A stretch of DNA of 33,040 nt. Source: Paraglomus brasilianum (taxonomy: Eukaryota). The stretch lies in the NCBI GenBank assembly GCA_910592345.1, contig CAJVPI010000366.1, positions 1 through 33,040 on the forward strand, written 5' to 3'. This document shows positions 1 through 11,633 of this stretch, piece by piece. The stretch's first letter is position 1. Every line of letters begins with the position of its first letter. The position numbers and the translations under genes are program-made. Under the pieces are notes generated by a model that was given only the letters and a program-made list of their open reading frames with translations, ran no database searches and had not been told where the DNA came from.

Positions 1-45
1 TCTATTCTTAGCAACTATTTCAATTATGACTTTTGCAGCACTGCT

Positions 46-100
46 GCAGTGGTGCAGCAGTGATACAGCAGTGGTGCGGCAGTGGTGCGGCAGTGGTGCT
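46..100. repeat. Five tandem 11-bp units (consensus GCAGTGGTGCR), probably the subterminal repeats of a transposon end
   Basis: Units at 46-56, 57-67, 68-78, 79-89 and 90-100. The array lies just past the point where the upstream NTPase reading frame breaks off. Confidence 0.75.
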
Positions 101-199
101 GTACTACCGCGATATAAATTCCCATATGACTTGTGTTACTGCACCATCAGAGAAATGCAGAAATTTAGGAGAGAATACATCACTGTTTATAACGTAGCA

Positions 200-2467
200 T
201 CACAGAAGCTTAACTCTAGAAAGTCCATCTGGATTAAGAAGTTCATGAAGAAATGCCATAACTGGTTGGCGAGCAGAGAATAAAACCCTTTTGTTGGTGT
301 GTCTCTCAGAGCAAATGAGGCAGCGCCAAGCTCCCAAAAGCAACAACTTCACTGCCAACTCCCCTTGATCACCTGCATTGAGAATGCCCCCAGATTTGTA
401 CACTGCTTCTAATTCCTTTAGCACCACAATTTCCACACCTTTTTCTGATAACAGTTCCATTGAGGCTTCAGGCAGTAAAGGCTCTGATGGGTAAGTAATA
501 AGGTGCCGCTCACATTCATCATCAACAGCTACCAGTGTAGCCATATGTGATTTTACAAGTTCAGGTGCAACACTTGATGTTGGAGAAACATAAAGTGCAG
601 CTGTGCAAGCAAGCAAAGCAAGGGCAACTCTTTGTCTGATAGTATCTTCCTGGATTTCACTCCACTTAAGTACTCCCCCAGTAAGCTTGGATTTTGCAAG
701 ATGTAATATTTCATCAAATCTGCCTTGGTCAGTTTCAGCAGTTTGACCTGACCATTGAGAGCCCCAGAGTGGCCTACCAAACCGAACAATATCATAAGCT
801 GGATTGATTTTTTCCAGATGGGGGATAGAATTACTACATTCAAAAATACTCAATAAGTCATGATCATATGGCAATAATAAGTAATGAATCATAATATGTT
901 ATCCAATTAGCATACTGTAAACAATCCATTGTTGCTATATTAATATAGATGAATGGTTTATGAAGATCCCGATTTGTATCTCTTGTCTGAAAACCAGTGT
1001 CTGATGAATATTTAAGAGAAAACAAAATGCATGAAGATATTAATATTACATACCGAAGGATCATGTTCTTTTGAAGGTACCAAGTTCGCAACTGATGAAT
1101 TAGTATCAGTGAAGATACCTATAGCCACATGCTTGCATTCCCATAGTGCCCGACGAATGGCTCTGAAAGCCTGATTCTTCTCTTGAGAACCAGTACCTGT
1201 AATCATCCCATAATAATAAGTCAATGATTAAAATTGAAGAATATTGAAAATAAGAACAGACCTTTACCAAGAAGAGCAGATGCCTCATCAAAGTAAAGGA
1301 TTATCTTCTCATTTACACTCCTTAAACATTTGTTATTATCACGATTTTGACTGACAGAGTTCCAAAACTCATGCTGTGTTTGCTAAGAGGGAAGTCAGTA
1401 ACCTCGAAATGACAGTTAGCAACAAACTAAATATTAATATATTTAACCAGGTTGTTCAGCAAGTTTTCTTGCCAATTTTTTCCTGACAATATGTCCTGAT
1501 CATAGACCAAATCCATGACAAGGCAATCCTTTCAGCATATGGGAAATCAGAAGACCATAGATCTTTCAACAACTCCTTACTCTGCGGAGTTGCAGGTGGG
1601 TATCCAGTTGAGCCCTCCTTGCGGAGACATATATATATAAGGGGATGTGTTTTAGCTAGCTCAAGGGCAGCTCTGGTTTTTCCATATCCTGAGGACTGTA
1701 CAATAGCCAAATAGTTGTAAAATTCATTACCACCATTGGCAACTGCATGAATTTGCTGGTCCAGCTTGGCCAAATAGTTCACATCTTGTTGAAACGGGAC
1801 TTTGAAAGCTTTATCAAGAACTGAAGAAGAGAAGAGAAAAAAAAGCAACTGTTAGTCTCTGTGTTGTTTAGGAGTAGCTATGTAGACCAAGAACAAACCC
1901 GTGCTGGCTGTCACCGGAAAGCGTGAACTGCTCGTTGCTAACAAGACAGAAACCAAAAAGTTAGTAATGGAGTAAGAATTAGTTAACTTCGCAGAAAGCA
2001 TTACATGCTATAATTCGAACTATTCTCCCTCTGTTGACCCCATGGCTACTCTACAAACCCCCGTTGCCCTCTATTAACCCATAATGTCTCTTGTCTCCTT
2101 TGAAACGGGTTAATGTATAAACTAGCTCTGCTACGATGCAGCTGTGCCCCAACTGCTTCTCTCGCAATGGCTACTCTACGAACCCCCGTTGCCCTCTGTT
2201 AACCCATAATGTCTCTTGTCTCCTTTGAAACGGGTTAATGTATAAGCTAGCTCTGCTACGACGCAGCTCTGCCCAACTAATGACACCCCAACTGCTTCTC
2301 TCGCAATAGCGTTGATAACTTTCTAACTGTCCTCCCAATAAACGTGTATTCATTGCTTGCATACCTTGTTGCTCTAGATATGCCTTAATAATATCGTCAT
2401 CTGTAGCATTTCTGTTCCCCTTTAAAACCTGACGAAAAAACCAATCAGGAACGTCATCTAGGTCCAT
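200..2467 (-). pseudogene. Crinkler-type (CR-ATPase-like) P-loop NTPase gene, intron-containing, 3'-truncated, probable pseudogene
   Basis: Walker A YLAIVQSSGYGKT (~1675-1715), LIYICLR-GSTGYPPAT, Walker B KIILYFDEA (~1283-1310), FRAIRRAL, FTDTNSSVANL, RFGRPLW, TYPSEPLL and GDQGELAVKLLLL are spread across ORFs 1456-1848, 1012-1224 and 200-892, separated by GT-AG introns. There is an in-frame stop at 1456, a 5' tandem duplication and CpG depletion. The exact N-terminal exon structure is unresolved. Confidence 0.7.
2042..2308. repeat. Tandem direct duplication of about 125-140 bp in the 5' part of the NTPase locus
   Basis: GGCTACTCTAC..CCCCCGTTGCCCTCT..CCCATAATGTCTCTTGTCTCCTTTGAAACGGGTTAATG..CCCCAACTGCTTCTCTCGCAAT occurs at ~2044-2168 and ~2169-2308. 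The copies differ by a few substitutions and one short indel. Confidence 0.9.
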
Positions 2468-4103
2468 GTCAAATTGTGAGAGACGGAAGAACGTGTGCGC
2501 GTTTATATCTTGCTGCGCATCTCACGTTGTGGAACAATTGCATCAAATCATATTGTCTGATTGTTGCCCCTGTGATTGATGCTTTAACATACCTCTGTTA
2601 TTATTTATTTTCGACTAGCTCGTACGAATAGTACGAGTACCTACATTCTTTGTTGTCTCTCCATTGTCACACGATATAGTAATAAGTTCTAATCATACTA
2701 ACTAGTCACTTAGTTAATTTTTCAGCCGCATTATCACATAGTCCAAATGTTCAGTTTTGTTGCAGTCTACCCAAAATATAATGAAAATCAATATGGCATC
2801 AGATTAATATCACATTAGGTAATTATTATTATATCAAATGCAATAAATAATTCCGGCATTTCATCAAAACTCTTAAACCGTTTGAGTTCCTCCGTTGCCT
2901 ACACGATTTTTGATAGCGAAATATGCAACAAGAAGAAAAAAGTAAGGTCGATATGCTATAAGGCGCATTCTAATTAATTGTGAAAGAATAAATTATTAAT
3001 TTTATATCGATAAAATCTTTGAATAACAAGTAAATAAAGAATTCCAAAACCTTTTGTTACGCACTGTATACCTACAAGTCAATATTTTTTAGAAAACTCA
3101 TTTCAGACATCAAATGGATGAAACATGAACATTTGCAAGCCGGACAACCTTGTGTACGCGTGTTCTGGGACAAGAAACAGCTTTACTTAGTATAAGGTAA
3201 TTGCTTTGCTAAGCAGTACCCGAGAAACAAAGGTGGAAACAAGCGATTACAGAGCGAAAACAGCAAAAAAAACGAGCGATTATGAGTAAAAGACCGCAGA
3301 TAAACACACATTATTACGACCAAGTAACTACATTTTTTTCAGTGAACAGTCCATTAATCAGCAAGATCTTAGTGAAGACTTATGTTGACGAATATTATTA
3401 CTTAAATCAATTTATTTGAGGTTCGTTTTTAAAAAAATTTTATTTGATATTTACAATCTACTTAATGTCCAAAAATAAATTAAATGTTTCGGACTTAGAT
3501 CTGCGAAATGACTATCATCCTGAACTACTCTATCTCAGTACTGCAGAAATCACTTATCAAATCGCTGTTGCCCTCCTCTTTAATAGCGGTTGGGTCGTTT
3601 TTGAAAGATTTCAAACTGTGCCAGCAGTTTGTTCTTCGGCTCTTCCGCTCCCAGCTCTAGACTACACTCTAAGTCCTCTACTCTATTAAAGTTCAACTAG
3701 TTATAAAATAACTAATTTAATAGAATGAGCTAACAAATGTGTAAATCAAAGTCACATCACTCTACTTAAAATGTCTATGTTACTACTTTCACCGCCCCCA
3801 AAAATTGCCGCAACTTTTTCAGTAAGAAAGTTTTAAATCGCGTTGTGGTAACAGGTCGGTAGTTGGTCGGGATCGTTCGGTTATTGAAGAAGTTGCAGTC
3901 CTATAGCATTAGAATTGGCGTTGGCGAATACATTGAGTAGACTTAATAAGTTGGGTCCAGAAATATTTGGGCAGCGAGCTTGCTTGCGAACCGTGTGACC
4001 ATCGTACATAATCTCAAAATCTTGGGATTGGTAACCTTGCTCCCTGAGTCCAGCCACGGGTATCGATATATTGCTCAGTGTAACACATATCGCGATTTTA
4101 TAT

Positions 4104-4190
4104 GTGTCCGACTTGTCGAATTTTTCCCGAGTTAAGCCAAATTTGGCTTATTATTATCGAGTGTCCGACTTATCGAGATTGACTATGTAT
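4104..4190. mobile_element. Degenerate right end of a Tc1/mariner-pogo-type MITE
   Basis: Repeated subterminal GTGTCCGACTT (~4104, ~4161), ending ...GTCCGACTTATCGAGATTGACTATGTA, which resembles pogo-type right termini. No matching left end was found. Confidence 0.35.
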
Positions 4191-4869
4191 TCATTTCATT
4201 TCCTAAAGATGGAAGTGGCAACAAAGAATTGTGGACTACTTATACTCGTACTAGCTATTCATGGTTATTATTATGGATCGACCAAAAATCCGCTATATAT
4301 AGCTAAAGATCGACCTAAAAGTGGGGGGTCGTTCTTACAGTAGCGCTAATCCGGGATAAATGCTTTGTATACGTTCAACCAGAAAATTTTCCAAATACCC
4401 AAATGTTTTTACTCAAAATATATCATGTCAAGCGCGATTTTCGGTCATGAAAGTTCAAAAATTCTTACGCACCATCAGAATACATTCGTGTAATTTTTAA
4501 ACAGATTACTGTGTGATCGCTATTACAGAATGCGAACGATCATGCAGTTGATTGATATCTATGCACGTTAGTTTTATTGCCAAGTATAATAATAATTTTC
4601 TTCTGATTCGACCCAAGAATACATAAAAAAGATCTGACAACAAAACAAAAATATCATGCAAATTAATTAGAAACATGTGGAGATATGGATTTTTGAAGTT
4701 CGTGTTCGAAATAACGGCATGCGGTTTTGAGACATTTGATTGAGCTGAAACTTTACTTATACACTATACGCAGATAAATTTTCAAAGCATTTACTCTTGT
4801 CTCGAATCAGAAGGGATAAGATACTTATGGCCGCTAATGTATATAATTATGCTCATTCAAAGAGCGTCT

Positions 4870-5057
4870 GAGGCATCCTGGCCCCTGTCAAATCAATCAT
4901 AGACACAATTAGGCTGTACCCCTCCTCTTACTGTTTTTTTTAGATAGCAAATTTTCTTAACTTTCAGTTCTTATTAAACTCAAACATGTAATACTTACGA
5001 TGTGAAAAAAGCAGCTCTAGAGATCTACCTTAACTGTACTTAATAAAGGACACAAAA
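4870..5057 (+). mobile_element. 5'-truncated non-LTR retrotransposon (LINE/SINE) 3' tail with a 13-bp TSD
   Basis: TCAAAGAGCGTCT flanks the insert at 4857-4869 and 5058-5070. The 3' end CAGCTCTAGAG.TC.ACCTTA.CTGT.CTTAATAAAGGACACAAAA is shared with the copy at 32570-32627. Confidence 0.7.
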
Positions 5058-5990
5058 TCAAAGAGCGTCTTGAGTAATATCGCTCTAACACTAAAGTAAT
5101 AAGTATAAGTATGCGTTTGTCATAAACAGATATTGCTACCCAATTACCACTAAAAGAACCTTAAATTTCATACATGGTACATTCACAAGTTTATCACTAA
5201 ATTGGCCTTGGGAATTTAGCTCTTTCAATCGAGGGCTCAAATCGCTAATATAGTTAGTGATTTAATTGTTTCCAAATAACCGATTGGCTAGTTGCTCCAT
5301 AATAGATTCACTTGCGTGACTTAGTTGACTACATTCTGAACTCTCAATATTTTATCTCATGCTGATTACCATTCATTTGATCGTTTCTCAAATACTATCG
5401 AGATCTAACTAATAACCTTGAGCTAGAAGAATTGCATGCTTATTCATTTGTTAAAGAGATTTTAAGGAATCGCAAGGTACCCTGTTGGCCGTTTTTTCGA
5501 GTTGATTAAAAATTTCAATTTCTTCATTAGTCGCGCGTCCCTCTTCTTGATCAATTAGAGCTGTACCGTTTTAGAAATAATATCACATTTACACAGTTGT
5601 TCAGACGCTTGCTTCTGTAAAATAATTCTCATCTTTCATATTATGAGAATTGCTACATGACATTTCTTTGGGGAATTCTGGTCAGTTTATAGTCGTTGTA
5701 TTGAGTTTATTAACATGTGTTCACATTTATAGACATCTCTGGTGAATATAGCTTGCAAAACTGCACAAGAAACGTATCAGCCAAGTCGAAATGTGTACAA
5801 CAAACCAACCAACTTGTTATTTCAACCAACACAACACTATATTCCCAAATATTCAACTCTAAATAGAAATTTTATGTATGTTGTACAGAATAAAGTCAAT
5901 GATAGATCAATGTACAATAAACTTAAATTAATTATTGAAGCACTGGATATGAATTTTATACATGACAAGTGAAAAAAAGTTCGCGTATTA

Positions 5991-8900
5991 TTAGAGACCG
6001 GTTGGTTTCTTAAGTGTCGTATCATATGCGCGGATAATTCTCGTCTCCTATTTAAGGGAAAATTCAGTGTGTTAATTGATAAACGCGTTGTAACTAAGAA
6101 AGACTGTAGCCACATTTTTATAACGTAGGTTCGATACATTACTTGTCCTGATTCGTTCTGTGAGAAAGCAAATCCACGATTTCGTCGCAGTCTCTGTACC
6201 GCACGCACTTTCCGAATTGCCTTTTGGAATTGCTCCATACGTGGTCTGTAATCTGGTATGTTGTATTTCTGTATCTCTTGTACGGTATGGTATGATCTTG
6301 TCGAATACATACGTTTAGCGCTAGATATTGAAGACAGAGCATTTAATATATATGGTTAATACGAATCGTCTTAGCAGAGAATATAATACTACCGATACTT
6401 ACTATTTCCATACGTAATCTCTAAGCAGACAGATTGTGGGTAATAATAACACAGTCAAGTAGAATACAGGAGTGCCGAAAAGCATGGGTACAATCCCCTC
6501 GTACTCCTCCGAGACGCCGAGTTTTGGTGCGATCATCGCGTATATCGGAAGGAAAACTAACCAGAAGATGAACGACCCAGGTATTGCAATATACGTATAC
6601 TTTGTCCATAGGCTAAATTGATAGAAGATTAATTATAATTATTCTAACCATATTAATAATAGATAGACACATATATCTCGTGAAACATACTCGGTAACGA
6701 GGGCGGCCTTGCCCAAGACGGTTAAAAGAACGGCCGTGTATAATGTCGTACCCCATACCCAATGTCCAGCAAGTAGTCCGTTAGGCAACATCAGATCATT
6801 ACTGAAAATGTATATTGAGCAGAAATACAAAACCTGAAAACAGTCGCCGTTGTAATAAATTAGCAACAATCATATGCAAGCAAAACGTTCGTTCCAAAGA
6901 TTTCCTTACCAGGGAGTGATAAAATGCGTTTACAGTCCATCCCCAGAAGCTTTTCACATTGAACTAGAAAGAATAAGAATTAATATCATTACATATAAAC
7001 ACGATTTCTTGTGAATAATTATATACTTACAAATTCGCCCGTCTGGCCAACCTGGTACATCTGAGGATATCTGTCTAACATTCTTGCACTGACATATTGA
7101 TCGAATACGCCAATGACAATAGGCGGCAATACAGTAAAGAGCACATTATAGTAACTGATCGTCCATGATTCATATATAACTTGACCAGAGAAACTATTGT
7201 GGAATGCAAACTGGATGAAAACAAAGGAAAGTTAAAAACGGATGTCAATACCAATATCAAAGCAATTTCCTGATAACTGCACAAGTTAATTACTCCAACT
7301 CAACCGGTACCCATGGTATGGTACCCTAACCATATAATTATTTTTCTTTCACAACTTACCCAAAACTGAGTCATATACAATGTTATGTTCTTGTAAAAAG
7401 AGTACAGAATCAATTTGCTCAGTCTCTGATAGCTCCAGGCTCCATGCACTAACAACAGTTTCTTCAAGTATCTGAACTGACTAATAGCTACGTCCGCAGA
7501 TCTTGCAGCTTGTAGCCCCTCGAGACCGCTGATACCAACACCAACGTGAGCAGCCTGAATCATAGACACATCATTCGCACCATCGCCAATTGCAAGAAGG
7601 ATTGCTTTGAGATGTCGTTTGACCAACTTGACAACTAAAGCTTTTTGCAGGGGTGATACACGACAGCAGATAACTGCCTTGCACAAAGTGGCAAGTTCAA
7701 GGAAGGATTTTTCAAGATCTTTTTCCAAGGCAAATTCCAACGTGCGACCATCGATTACAAGAGCTAGAGGCTATAGGAAATATCGCATCGGGAAAAGTTG
7801 ATCAATAAACGTCAGATAAATATAAACGTATATAAATGTACTAAAATAAATACCTCGGTATCAGCGTTAGCCCGTCCTTTAATCGCTAGTATTTTCTTCT
7901 CCAAGAACTGCTGTGTAGCAAGTCTATTCTCTTCATTCACTATAATCAATGACATATCCTCTGAAATCAATTTACAACTTAAACCGATATTAATGGCGGT
8001 TTCCTGCCTATCGCCTGTCAGAACCCAAATCTTAATTCCCGCTTGCTGCAGTGTATGAATAGTCTCTGGCACACCGTCTTGCAATTTATCTTCAATAGCC
8101 GTAGCTCCCAATAAGAACAGATTCTTCTCAATCATCTCTGCTGCTTTATCGAGCTCTTCCTGTCTATTGACCAAGGTAGTTGATGCTTTATCATATACCC
8201 CTGACCATACTTTGTATTCTTCTTCGGATATTTCTCTCATTGCGATACAAAGCGTACGTAGACCTTCGGTGGCATAGTCCTCGAGATGTTGAAGTGTCTG
8301 TTCAACAAAAGGATTGTCTTCACTTAGACGTTCGAGGATGACGGTATCGGCACCTTTGCAATAGAGTTTAATTTTTCCATCAGAGCAGCGGACGACTGTT
8401 GACATGCGCTTGCGAGTACTGTTGAATTCGCAGATGTTGAGGATTTCATAATCATATGCAGTGCCATTCGCTGTTATGCTAACTGATTTCGGACGACGTG
8501 TCTTTTACATGATACCACGAAATTAGAGAATAGAAGCTTTTATATTGAATGTGACGCATTGTTTATAGATAAACTCACCGTGAAAGTGTACTTTAGATTG
8601 GCAGCACCTTTTACTAAGGCACCCTCATCGGGAGACGACGCTTGGTATACGATTTCTAGAATAATGTATATAGTGGTTTTATTTTTAATACATTTTCATT
8701 TTCTTATCGGCTCGTTTTTCTCAATATGCATACCTCCAGTTTCGTTCTTTTCGTCTTTTTCGGGAATAACCGTATGACAAACAGCCAACAATGTCAAAAA
8801 CTCGTTAATCACGTTCGCAGTAGGATGGTTCTTTAAGTTTTCACACAATCGATTGAAGTCGTACATCCCGACTTCAGCTCCGTCAACAATACGAGCTTTT

Positions 8901-11633
8901 TTACTTTCTTCGACAACATCGGCATAGGCTATGCCTGCGATCGAACACTGCCGGAATTCCATTTCATTACACGTGAGAGTTCCTGTCTTGTCTGAGAATA
9001 TGTACTCGATCTACGTATTAATAGCCACGAAACAGTTAGCGTATTGCCCTATTCACTTATCTAAAAAAATAAAGGATGACAGAACATGAGCTCAACAATC
9101 ATTTAATTGCAAAATGTTTACCTGGCCCAATTCTTCTACTAAGCTACTTGTTCTACATAGCGCTGGTGTGTCTGTTTTCTCATAATACATGTCTAAATCG
9201 TTGTTTATTAAAGACGCTTGTTGAAATTTAACGACTTCCATTGTAACAATTAAACTGGCGAGTAAAAAAGATAAGGTTAGTTAATCTCACTCATACTCAT
9301 ATAATAAGAGAATAAATTCCTTGGATTACCTTATAGGAATTAAATTATTAAATAGAATCAAAAAAGTCAGAATATTAAACCCAAATTGTCCAAGGACAGT
9401 TTGATCAGTCAGCAGGAAGAGATATGACATCTCGCTGTTAAAATTCACCTATATTATAAATGAATAACTAATAAGCACTCTCGCTTCGCTTTTGTCTCGA
9501 CTTGATATTCATATATATGACAACGACACTTACGACTCTAATAACACTTCCAATAGAGCATGCCAAACTCATAGCTAGCAATATACAAAACAAGAAGATA
9601 ATCTGGACATTGACTGTTTTTTCTACATTAGTTCTTTTGATTGGTGTTGCACTGTTTAATAGAACATTCGAATAGTAAGTAGTTTGAACGAGGAACATGG
9701 AAACAACAATAGCATATCAACAGACCTTGCATTTCTCATTAACTTAGTCTCATGACCAGTGAATACTACTAGTCCATATACCCAATTGGTATTTCTTAAT
9801 TGAGCACCCTGAAAAATATCCATAAATTAGTTTCTTGTTTATAACGTAAAAATGGTGCTATGCATTCCGCTCACAGCTTTCGGAATTTTGCTCCTATTAT
9901 CTAAAAGACGCTTCCTTTGCACATACTCTAAGTAATATCTGTGTAGGATCCAAAGGAATCTTTTTCTGTCCACTTTGTGTTGACAAGTATAACGTCCCCT
10001 CGTATGTGTACAAACTGTTATTAGGTTGCTCGGATTTTAAGTAGCCTGCAGTTGGGGTCGTATTGTTTTGTAAAGGTTAGATAGAGTCGGATAAAGGTAT
10101 TAGGAAGAAATTATATTGTGCTTATTACCGTTTAGGCGACTGATTTCTAACGCAGAAGTAGATTCTGCTGTCTCTGGTGGTGCTTGCTTGATTTTTAAAT
10201 TAGTTTCTCTAAAGATATAACAGAGAATTGTCATTAAAAAGTCGGTGCCAAACAACCAGCACGCTTCTCTTTCCCGTAAACCCATATCCCCCAATTATCC
10301 CCATCCTTCTACTAACCCATCTAGATTACTTGTCTCAATATAACACAATCCTTCTGGTTCGGAACTACTCAATAAAACCAAATCTGCTGGAAAAAATTCT
10401 CCGTTTTCGACGCGTACTATATCTCCCACTTTTACGTTATTCCATTCTTTTGCAAGAAATTGCGAGCCTTGTAATGCTTGGCATTCGCGAGAGTTTACTT
10501 CCGAGTCTGATTTATGACGTTTCTTTGGTAAAAATAAATTGTAGTAACATAGAATAGCATATTAGATTAATAAAAGTTATAGACGACGGAATGTGAGATG
10601 TGCAAGTACCATATATAAACCATTGATAACGATTTGATACGAATTGTAGTAACGTAAACGAGAAAATGTAAAAGAATGCCTACATAGTCTTCCAATATTT
10701 CCTTGAATGCAGTTGCCGAAAGCACTACGATCAATGGTCCTAGAGTAGTATATCTGTTCGTCGGTGATACGTTTTTAATTTGCTTTGTAAGAAAAAAAGA
10801 GTATCTAGTTAATTGAATTACAAGACTTGGTTTACAATCCAGCACGCCCGATTTGTAAATATACCTGAATTGAAGCTTATTGGTCGATGAAAAATCGGCA
10901 ACGGAGACCGAGAAGCAGGAATGGAATGCAGATTAAAGAGGGTGATAGGCACAATTAATAATAGTCAAGTCATTCTCACAGAGTTTACTAATACTCTTGT
11001 AGAATTCAATTCGAATGCAACCAACAGTACAATACCTGTGAACAAGAAGAACAAATTTGCGTATTTTGAAAATTGTTCGTATAAGAACTTTGGTAAGAAT
11101 GTCACAAAATTGTATTTAGCTGTTGATATTTTATTATGAATAAACTTTTGTGGTGCGTTTCTTGTTGGATCGTTTATGTACACTGTTCTTCCGACATTAT
11201 CGTCCCCATTACCCCCATTGCCGCTATTGCCACCAGATTTGCCGCCCATGAGTCCTTGTATTTCAGTCACGTTAGGCGAGGTACTAGCAGCGTGTTCGGT
11301 AAGTGGCAAGTTAGCATCACTCATATTAGATATCTGGCGCATAAGACCCGATTGGTCAGAATAGAATTGTTCGTGCTCTTCTTCGTCGTCAGGAGCGTCG
11401 TTGTAGTATGGGTTAAGGGAGGCCAAAGTAAGGGAATTACGATCGCCTTCACTCTGTTGATAATACTGTGGTCTGAAAGACGTTGGTGCAACAGCCGGCT
11501 GCAGGCTCTGCAGAGGAAACGTTGCTTGTGAAGTGGTTGAAGAAATTTGAGTTGTAGAAGGATAGTCGTCTTCGTCAATGAGATTTTGGTGAGATGAGGG
11601 TTCAAGTGGAGTCCTGTGGTATGTACCCGACAT
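5991..11633 (-). CDS. DRS2: P4-type ATPase, aminophospholipid translocase (flippase), Drs2/ATP8A family; about 20 exons
   Basis: ATG at 11633 (MSGTYHRT). Motifs: [53 protein letters not shown] phosphorylation site (~8975-9005), [54 protein letters not shown] and the C-terminal RNRGFAFSQ. The last exon 5991-6047 reads [18 protein letters not shown]. Introns are GT-AG. Confidence 0.95.

Noticed and set aside
3540..4060. Coiled-coil-like minus-strand fragment as a second bacterial insertion
   Set aside because: No consistent TGA-readthrough frame, and an intron-like segment suggests a fungal gene remnant.
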